This document shows, in pieces, positions 54,730 through 64,000 of a DNA stretch of 64,000 bases. Location of the stretch: positions 9,491 through 73,490 of the forward strand of contig NW_021833450.1 of the NCBI RefSeq assembly GCF_006345805.1, given 5' to 3'. Both the position numbers and the translations under genes were made by a program. Each line of letters starts with the position of its first letter. Position 1 is the stretch's first letter. Origin of the DNA: Octopus sinensis (taxonomy: Eukaryota). A model generated the notes under the pieces. It was given only the letters and a program-made list of their open reading frames with translations. It was not told the DNA's origin and ran no database searches.

Positions 54730-57700
54730 ATCGGAAACGTGCAGCAGCGTGCAGAGATACGAGAGAAGAAGCAATAAATATCATTGAATCTCCTTTAGGG
54801 AGATGAAAATCTGAAAAATCTCCTTTTCTGGTGGAAAATCTGGAGCGAAGAGATGGAGTTTAACAAAGATGCCCAATGAATAGAAGAAATTCGAGGTAAT
54901 TACTGTCCCTGCATTACACCCAAGACACATCATTGACGATACCCTTTAATCCAGAAACTTCAGGGTGGAAAAGCAACTGGAAGAGACTTGATTGTTGTAT
55001 ATTGGTACAAGAAGCTAACCTTCTACTGACCGTATCTAAACAATCTGTACCAAAAAGATTTGAATGAGAAAAGTATTATATCACACTGGTTAGCTCAGAG
55101 AACTACCCACATGGCAAAAAAAAAAATCACCGGCCAATTGCATGCCAGGACTTAATGCATAAAATATGTACAGCAGGTTTAAACCTCTTCCTCCAAGACC
55201 ATTGTGAAAGTAATAACATCGTCACACCAGAACAAACAGTTGGGAAGAAGGGAGTCTAGGAATGTGTCGAACAAATGATGATAAACAAATGTCAGAGGTG
55301 CGGGAGCATAGGAGGAACCTAATTTCACTGTAGCTAGACTAGAAGAAAGCCTTTCACTGTGTCCCCAACCTATAGATGCTAGAAGCCTTTCGGCTTGCTA
55401 AAGTTTCAGTGAACATTGTAAAAGCCATAGCTGACCTGACTTCATCTTAGGTCTCCATCTTGAAGCTAAATACAAGGAATGATTGTATTATAAGATACAG
55501 TATCACAGAAGTATATTCCAAGGGGATAGCCTCTCTGTGACGCTGTTTATACTCTTTGTACCCCCACACCCGTCATTCATGCTAAGAAAATCTGAACGGT
55601 ATCTCACCGGTTCACAAGGAAACAGAACTACCAAAGTTACACACTGTTTTTTTTTTTTTGTGAATGACTTGAAACTATATGCAAAGACTATAAATGAGAT
55701 GAAGAATAGCCTTGACCTGCTTACAACATTCTCAAAGGATATGGTAATGGAGTCTGGTTAGTATAAATGTTACTATAAGGTTGGGAAAAAAGGAAAACTG
55801 TAAACCAGAGTAGCAACATCTCCATCAATGACTTAACCGTTTCCCCTGTATCTGATAAAGAATGTTACAGGTATCTGGTGGGGTGGATGAAAACATATTT
55901 TACGTTGGCACCTGTAACAAAACACGTGTCACTAAAATATATTACAGTCGAATAAAGAATATAAGGATTTCAGAATTCACTGCTTTCAATAAAACAATGG
56001 TCCACAATTTGTTTACATATTCAGACCAACATGTGGGCTATTTGATTGGTTGCTTGATGAAATTCGAACCATTGCTGTGAAAATCCCGAAGATATTAAGC
56101 AGCACAACTATTTTCTATATCAACAGCGACGTACGAGGGACGTTCAATAAGTAATGCCTCTGACCCACTTGCAGTTGTTTGATCTAGCTGAAATTTTGCA
56201 TGTGCAATCATTTATATCTCTATAGAGTAAGTGGCAAATTACAGCTGAATTAATTGTGGTTTCTGATTTACAGGTGTTTGAACCGAGTCAAGTGTGAAAT
56301 GGAGCCTGTTGAGTGTCGAGCAGTGATCCGGTTTTTGTATTTGAAAGGACGCACACCACGGGAGACTTTTGGTGAAATGAAAGTAACTTATGGTGATGAT
56401 GCCCCATCATATGACCTTGTAAAACGCTGGCATCGTGAATTCAAACAGGGTCGGAACTCTGTGGAAACAGCTCCCAGATCTGGTCGCCCCCTTCTGCCAT
56501 TGATGAGGCATCTGTCCGTCAAGTTGAGGCTGCCATTTTGGAAGATCGACGCATAATTATTCGCCAAATAGCCCATGAGGTCAAGATTAGTACCGGATCT
56601 GTGGAAACTATCATTCATGACCATTTGCATATGCAAAAGGTGTCTGCCAGATGGATTCCCAGGTTGCTCACGCCTTTCCAGAAGCAAGAACGCGTCGAGT
56701 GCTCGAGGGTGAATTTGGAGATGTGCCAAGAAGATGAGTCAAAATTTTTCAAAAGACTGATTACACAGGATGAAACCTGGGTCCATCACTATGATCCAGG
56801 GACCAAAGCCCAGTCAATGCAGAGGAAGCACCGTGACTCACCCCCTCCAAAGAAGGCAAGGGTGCAGCCCTCCGCTGGCAAGGTCATGCTCACAGTCCTC
56901 TGGGACCAGGACGGAGTAGTGATGACAGATTTCCTGGCAAAGGGTACCACAATTGCAGGAGCCTATTATGCTTCACTTTTGAGGAAATTAAGAGAAGTTA
57001 TCAAAATCACGAGGCGGGGCAAGATCAGCAAAGGCATCCTCCTCCTGCAGGACAACGCTCCGGTCCACAACTCGCTTGTCGCCAGATCAGAAGCACAGGC
57101 GTATGGCTATGAACTCCTCTCCATCCCCCTACTTTCCTGACCTTGCACCCTCTGATTTTCACCTCTTCCCAATCATGAAGTTGTTTTTGAAAGGAAAGCG
57201 TTTCCCAGATGATGCAGCCTTGATTTCTGAAGTCACGTTGAGGTTGGAGGACCAAGCTGGGTTCTTCTACAAAAACGGTCTCCAGAGCCGCATCAAACGA
57301 TGGGAGAAATGCGTAACTCTGGGTGGTTCCTATGTAGAAAAAGACTAATAACTGTGCCAAGTTTCGTTGCCCTACTGCTATGGGAAGTGGGTCAGGGGCA
57401 TTACTTATTGAACGCCCCTCGTAGGTCACCTCTACCTAAAATGAAAACAAGGTTGAACACGCTTAACATCGATCCAGACTGCCTTTGAATGTCGTATTAA
57501 AATCCTTTCAGCAACATTTTTTAACCACCAAGTGTTGAAGTGCATCACTTGACCAAATTTGCATACACGAGACAGATAACACTGTTCAAAGATGTCGCAC
57601 GACTCTAACGCAACATATCATCAAATGAAAGGATGCGCGTATATCAGCAGAAGATCATGCATGGATAAGTTTGAAGAAAGCACCGGGATGATTGTAACAT

Positions 57701-58380
57701 TGATCATAAAAGCAATCTACCATGGACCAACGACCGGACTGCAAACTCTCACACTGACCGCTATGCTTTTGCAATTCAAGAATAGGAAGTATCAGTCAAA
57801 TGCTTGATGCACAAAAGGTTCAAAGACGCTGGTAAAATACCAAAATATGATAAACGATGCAGACTTTCTGGAGTTAACACCATGCTGTCACCCACATCAT
57901 AAGCAGTTGTTCGAAAACGTCATCGCAGTATTATCAACCGATGTGATATGATGTGACTAAGACACTGTATAACAAAATCCGTCGGAAGGATAACCCTGAG
58001 CCCAAAGAAATAAGAATCCACATTTTCGTAGAGGACATAGCCACTCATAATAAGAAGGAGTACTGATGGAATGTCCCAGTGAAAAGCCTCAATAAAATTT
58101 AAGCATAATAAGACTGACATAGTGATGGAAAAGGGAAACTGTGTGCAGTTGTGGAAATTAGCTGTTCAGCGGATGTTAACATAAAGATCAGCGAAAAAGA
58201 GAATACCTACGCTGAATTATTGAGAAATATACTGTTACTCTACCCCGATTACAAGTTCAGGGTTATATCTCTAATTATTGCGGTACTGGAATATATAACA
58301 CGTTGCCTAAGTACCATTCATGAGAAATTGGGCTTCTCGAAACCAGGAAGGGAAAAGTTGATTCGAAGACTTTGAATCTA
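54730..58380 (+). mobile_element. Decayed RLE-type LINE (R4/NeSL-like), interrupted by a mariner
   Basis: KATGRDLI, SIFQGDSLSVTLFIL, FVNDLKLYAK before the mariner; INSDV|GHLYL continues across it; EISCSADVNIKISEKENTYAELLRN RLE region at the end. Confidence 0.75.
56134..57421 (+). mobile_element. Full-length mariner (DD34D) with TIRs and TA TSD, frameshifted transposase
   Basis: ~37-bp TIRs CGAGGG(A/G)CGTTCAATAAGTAATGCC; TA on both sides; WIPRLL, ITQDETW, LLQDNA, YFPDLAPSDFHLF motifs across three ORF pieces. Confidence 0.95.
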
Positions 58381-58489
58381 GGTTAAAAATCGGGTCTTTC
58401 TCTATTGGCAAGAAATCTCGAAATGAAACTGAATAAGGACCTACATAATATACGCACTCGTATATTAACATTTATGCAGGTTTTTTTTT

Positions 58490-58915
58490 TTACTTGTTTC
58501 AGTGATTAGACTGCGGCTATGCTGGAGCAGCTTGAATAATTTTCAGTCGAGCAAATCAACCCCAGTATTTATTTTTTGAAACTTGGTACTTATTTTATCG
58601 GACACTTTTGCTGAACCCCTAGGTTACAGGGACGCAAACACACCAATACCGGTTGCCAAGAGGTAGTGGGAGACAAATACAGACGCAAGCACGCATGCAC
58701 AAATGTGCGCACGCACAAACACATACACACGTACACACACACACACACCACACACACACACACCACACACACACACACACACCACACACACACATATATA
58801 TATGCACACACACCAAATCTTCTCACAAAGCTTTTGTCTGCCAGAGACAATAGCAGAAGACAGCTGCCTCGGTGCCACGCAGTGGGATTGAACCCGGTAC
58901 CGTGTTGTTGCAAAG
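58490..58915. mobile_element. SINE fragments flanking a (CA)n tract
   Basis: TTACTTGTTTCAGTGATTAGACTGCGGCTATGCTGGAGCA... (+) and GCCACGCAGTGGGATTGAACCCGG (minus-strand head remnant). Confidence 0.55.
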
Positions 58916-59041
58916 CATATACACGAATGAGTGGATAAACGAAGAAAGAGTTTGATTGAGTTCGTTGCTATTTCAAGTTTCGAAGGCCCATAACAAGATC
59001 CCAACTCTTCTAGAATACCGATTCGGCATATGTACACATAC

Positions 59042-59360
59042 GGGAAGGTGCGTGGCTTAATGGCCAAAGTATTCAACACATTCCACTCAAGATCTGAAAG
59101 TCCTGAGATCGCTTCTCAGTGATGGCTTTTGCCGTCGAGAAGAACACTATTTCTCGTTGCTCCGGTCCACTCAACTGGCAAAAACGAGTTTTCCAAAGGC
59201 CCAGCCTGGTAACGTTCGTTGTGTCACTCTGAATTTCCCAGGGAACCAAGTTAAGTTGTACGTGTGACAGTGAAGTGCTCAATCACATGCTCTTTAATTT
59301 CAAAAGTACGCTGTTCTGTTGATCGGATCAACTGGAACACTCCTTGTAACCGACAGAGAG
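59042..59360 (+). mobile_element. Degenerate tRNA-derived SINE
   Basis: GGAAGGTGCGTGGCTTAATGG head; ATCGGATCAACTGGAACACTCCTTGTAACCGAC tail. Confidence 0.5.
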
Positions 59361-59407
59361 CCAAGGCATATATGCACATATATGCATATATATACGTACA
59401 GAGAGAG

Positions 59408-59460
<53 letters not shown>

Positions 59461-59479
59461 CACACGCACATACACATGC

Positions 59480-60410
59480 GTATACATACATATAATTCTT
59501 TGTTTTATAACAATGAAGAGTTACATTATCACTTTTCTGATAACATTGTGAGTTTTCTCTTGTAAATCAATTTTTGTGAACCCATGCATAGATCAAAAAT
59601 TTGTGTTGTTTATGAATATGAGTTCAGTCGTGGAACCAATGCATTCCAGGCAGCTCGAAGCATCAACGAGGTGTTTGGTGAAGATGTGGCGAATGAGCGC
59701 ACTGTACAGCAGTGGTTTAAGAAGTTCCGGTCTGGTGACTCTTGAAAATCAGCCCCGAGGTAGACCTGAGACCAAGGTGGATAATGATGAACTGGAAACT
59801 GTAGTGGAAGCGGATACATTTCAAACTACGCGTGTTTTAGCAGCAAGGTTTGATGTTTCGATTCCAACTGTTTTGTACCATCTGAAACAAATCGGCTGGA
59901 TAAAGAATCTGGACAAGTAGGTACTACACAGACTGAACGAACATCAAATGACACGTCGCATTGAAACTTGTTCTTTACTATCACAACATAAAAGTGAACC
60001 ATTTTTGCATCGTGTTGCTAACTGTGAGGAAAAATGGATTCTTTTCAACAGTAGCAAGCGTTCTGCACGGTGGTTGGATAGAGACGAAATGCCAAAACAT
60101 AATCCAAAAAAGAATATTTATCAAAAATATTTAATGGTCTGTTTGGTGGACCAGCGCTGGTATCACCCACTACAGATTCATGAGACCTGGTAAGTCAATT
60201 ACAGCGGATGTATACATCAACTAGTTGGATGAAATGATGAGTGAACTTGCAATTAAACAACTGAGATTGGTCAACAGAGACAGGCCAATTCTCTTGCAAT
60301 ACCATGTTCGACCACATGTTGCAGAAAGAACGCTATTCAAGTTACAGGAACTGAAGTAGGAAGTACTCTGTCATCCACCATATTCATCAGATCTTGCATC
60401 ACACAGGTGG
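59480..60410 (+). mobile_element. Mariner transposon, decayed
   Basis: AARSINEVFGEDVANERTVQQWFKKFRSG, RGRPETKVDNDEL, NCEEKWILF, HPPYSSDLAS. Confidence 0.85.
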
Positions 60411-60494
60411 AAATATAGCAAAAATAGAAGTTAAAAATGCGCCACTGAGAATAGTTAAAATATATTCTTATTATATTTAAAGATTTAACCGGTT

Positions 60495-60870
60495 TCACAG
60501 TTTACACTGATTTTCAAGAAGTTGAAATAGAAATATGAGGCTTATGGCGCGCTTGTCTCGGTTTTGATGCTGTGATGAAACCACCACTCTCCACTTTGCC
60601 ACTGGTCGGAATGTTTTCGTCTCGCCGTGTTTTGCAAACGCTTCAGAACCACCAAGCAAAAATATCTGGTTAACAGTTTGTCCAGGAGGAACAAATTCTG
60701 TGTGGACAATTCTTTTCGAATCGGTCAAACAAATCATTATCGTCTTGAATTTGGACTCCACTTGACTCATTTTGGGGGTGGGGCGTGGTGATATCGAATG
60801 CTTCCATCGAATTGATTGCTGTATCATTTCCGGGTTGTGGCTATAGCACCAGCTTTCGTCACTAGTGAGG
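60495..60870 (-). mobile_element. Mariner fragment, left part of an element split by the CR1-group LINE
   Basis: TSDESWCYSHNPE...HTEFVPPGQTVNQ; colinear with 19380-19540. Confidence 0.8.
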
Positions 60871-60879
60871 GCCTTCAAA

Positions 60880-63812
60880 AAAATTAAAAAAATAAAAATA
60901 AGAATGTATCCGGTACAACAAGCATAATAACAGCAAATATCCAGGGTCTTTATCCGAAAACAAAACAGTGTAAAGTCCCTTTCTTGGAAGAATTAGCAAC
61001 AGAAAACAACTCCAAAATAATTGGAATTACTGAAAGTCATCTCCACGAAAACATCCGCAACAGCGAAATCACAATCAATAGATTCAACATCTTCAGATGT
61101 GATAGACAAGGCAGATCCCATGGGGGCGTTATCATGTATATCCATGATACCTATGCATGCATAGAACTTGTCAATGAATCAAATGCCTACTGCAACCTGC
61201 TGTGCATAAAAATCATCCAACTTAATACAGTTGTAACAATAATGTACAGACCGCCAAACAGCCCAACATTATCCTTCACTGAGCCACTGACGAAGCTCCA
61301 ACAAATTCTGGGAAACATGGTAAGTCCAATGCCAGACATTATCCTCCTTGGTGACTTCAACTTCCCTAACATCATCTGGCCACATGGACACATACTAAAA
61401 CTGGGGACAAAAGCTGAACAAATACAGGCAGCCAAACTGTTGGAAGTCACAGAGAAATTATACCTCAAACAAATGATGACAGAAGCAACAAGAAATAATA
61501 ATACGATCGACTTGGTTTTCACCAACAACGAGGACACGCTATTTGACCTTCACTCAACCCCAACAATCCTTTCAGACCACAATATTATTGAAATGCATTT
61601 ACACATTGGTAATGAGCCCAATGCCACAACTCTTAAACAAAAGGACATGCCAAAGCTATGCAGGTATGATTATCACCAGGCAAATTGGGAAACTATTAAC
61701 AACCAGTTACAAATCATTGACTGGGATCTCTACCTTACTGGGCCAGATAAACACAAGAAATTCTTAAACAAGATCGAAGAAATATGTGAAAAAAATGTTC
61801 CTCTAAAGAAAACCAAGTCCACAAAAAAACCTGTACCACGGGAGCGAAAGATCCTGATGCGCAAAAGGTCAAGACTAAGAAACAAAACATCTAAGCTGAC
61901 ATCAAAACATGAATTACAGAAAGTCCTTGACCAATATACAGATTAGAAGACAATCTAAAACAACACTATGATGAAGAATGTAACAATGCAGAAAAGAGAG
62001 CCATAGAAAACATCAAGAAAAATCCAAAATGTTTCTACAGTTTTGCAAAGAAATACTCGAACACCAAGTCAACAATAGGACCTCTCCAGAGACAAAATGG
62101 GGATGTAGTGAATAACCCTATTGAAATGGCAGAAATGTTGGGTCAACAGTATGAAAGTGTCTTCAGTGAGCCATCTAAAACCATGAAGATCCATGACCAG
62201 GAAAATTCTTCAAGGATATCGACCATACTAAACCTACCCTATCCGACATTGATTTCAACCCAGAAGACATAGCAAGAGCCATAGACAAGCTCTCCATGCA
62301 CTCGGCTGCGGGGCCTGACGGTTTCAATGCCATGATACTTAAAAACTGCAAGGTACAATTGTCGAAACCCCTTTACATGATATGGAGGGAATCTATGGAG
62401 AATGGCAAAATACCAAATACATATAAAGAAGCACACATAACTCCAATACATAAAGGGGACAGCAAATCAAAACCAAAGAACTACCGACCAATCTCACTGA
62501 CATCACACATTATCAAGGTCTTCGAAAGAATAGTTCGTGGAAAACTGGTTGAGTTCCTGGAATTCAACAATCTGATGAATTGCAACCAGCATGGATTCAG
62601 GTTAGGTAGATCATGCCTAAGCTAGGAGTAGGAGGAAAAGTTGGTACATGGATACATGAGTTCCTTACAAATAGAACTCAAACAGTCACTGTGAATGGAA
62701 CCCATTCAACACCATCACCTGTGACCAGCAGTGTTCCTCAGGGTACAGTACTCGGCCCAATCCTGTTTCTCATCCTCATCTCTGACATAGATGAAGATAC
62801 AACCAGCAACGTCTCATCCTTTGCTGATGACACCAGGGTCATGAGACAAATCAAAGACGAGGTGGATACAGAGGCCTTACAAAAGGACCTGACCACCATA
62901 TATAAATGGCAGGAAACAAACAACATGTTGTTCAATGATAAGAAGTTTGAACTAATTCGCTACGGAACAGATCAAGATCTGAAAAATACAACAAACTACA
63001 GAAACCCATCAGGACAACAAATAATGGAAAAACAGTATGTGAAAGATTTAGGCATCTACATGGGAACCAACCTAAAATTCAGAGAACACCTTGACTCAGT
63101 CTGTCTTACTGCAAGAAAGTACAGCGGGTGGATCTTGCGCACCTTCAAATCAAGAGATACCTCAACAATGAAAACCCTCTGGAACAGTATGATACTTCCG
63201 AGGATTGACTACTGTTCTCAGTTGTGGTCACCAACAACAAAGGGCCAACTATCTAAGATAGAATCGCTCCAAAGAAATTTTACCTCATACTTCTCAGAAA
63301 CGAGGGACCTGGACTATTGGCAAAGACTCAAAACCTTGAGGATGTACTCAATAGAAAGAAGATTTGAGCGATACCGAATTATATACATTATATACATTTG
63401 GAAAATGATAGAGCAGAAGGTGCCAAACTTTGGTATCACTGCGCCACCGAAGACGCTGCCAGCTGCCACCAATCAACAAAAAGGCTGGCCAGGCAGCAAA
63501 AACCCTGCGAGAATCAAGTCTGTTGGTTCGAGGAGCACAACTGTTCAACTCCATTCCGGTACATGTCAGAAATCTATCAGGATGCAGTGTGGAATCATTC
63601 AAATTGCAACTGGATAGATACTTAAGCACCATTAGAGATGAACCCCATCTCCCAGGATATACACAACGAGCACAAACTGACTCAAACTCGCTCCTACACA
63701 TGTCAAAATTAAGCAGAGAATACAACCTGGCAACCACACCAGACTCTGAGGGTGGAGTCTTCGACTTGGCCTGAGCATGGACTCAAACCCAAACGAAATG
63801 AAATGAAATGAA
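60880..63812 (+). mobile_element. APE-RT LINE (CR1/L2/Jockey group) ORF2, frameshifted, with an internal RT deletion
   Basis: APE motifs TANIQGL, GITESHL, ILLGDFNFP, IDLVFTN, SDH; RT motifs YRPISLTS, NQHGFR, VPQGTVLGPILF, FADDT; (GAAAT)n tail. Confidence 0.92.
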
Positions 63813-63819
63813 GAAAAAA

Positions 63820-64000
63820 AAGAAAGGTTCGGATCAAATTCCAACTCATCTTTCATTTCACGAAACGCATTTATTCGTGACTGTTTTTGAACTTTCGTGT
63901 GCAAGTGAGGCACAAATTTTGCTGTAACTCTTCATTCGCAATTCCTCGCTCAAAATTCACTGGAAGAAGTTCCAGGACACACCAGTTATATCAACACGTT
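63820..64000 (-). mobile_element. Mariner fragment, right part of the split element
   Basis: Continues the alignment with 19545-19720 exactly where 60495-60870 stops. Confidence 0.8.

Overview
AT-rich, microsatellite-dense eukaryotic DNA. The SINE families and repeat landscape look like an octopus/cephalopod genome (inference, no database search). Host genes: two paralogous multi-exon genes encoding PAN/Apple-domain proteins lie convergently as the arms of a large inverted duplication (left arm ~3770-17140, right arm ~20130-29100). The minus-strand copy (exons at 42.7-42.4, 29.0-28.8, 23.7 and 23.0-22.8 kb, plus two tentative exons) is open across all exons found. The plus-strand copy (exons at 3.9-4.1, 12.1-12.2 and 12.9-13.1 kb; its 5' exons lie left of the window) has two 1-bp deletions in its last exon. 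By manual count the shared PAN exon is more diverged (~74% nt, ~58% aa) than its adjacent intron (~88%), while other patches of the arms are 98-100% identical, which suggests diversifying selection plus arm-to-arm gene conversion. Most of the remainder is mobile DNA: R4/Dong-type RLE LINEs stacked in (TAA)n tracts, a HERO-like fragment, a CR1-group LINE, Tc1/mariner/pogo elements, MITEs, tRNA-derived SINEs and Penelope-like fragments. A layer the ORF track does not show: five type I minimal hammerhead ribozyme motifs with complete core motifs (CUGANGA...GAAAC..GUH) plus several degenerate ones, from different repeat families. These include one in a tRNA-headed SINE, one at the 3' end of a gag-like zinc-knuckle ORF inside a hairpin-ended composite element, and one in sense orientation in an intron of the PAN gene. 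No rRNA, CRISPR or bona fide tRNA gene is supported.
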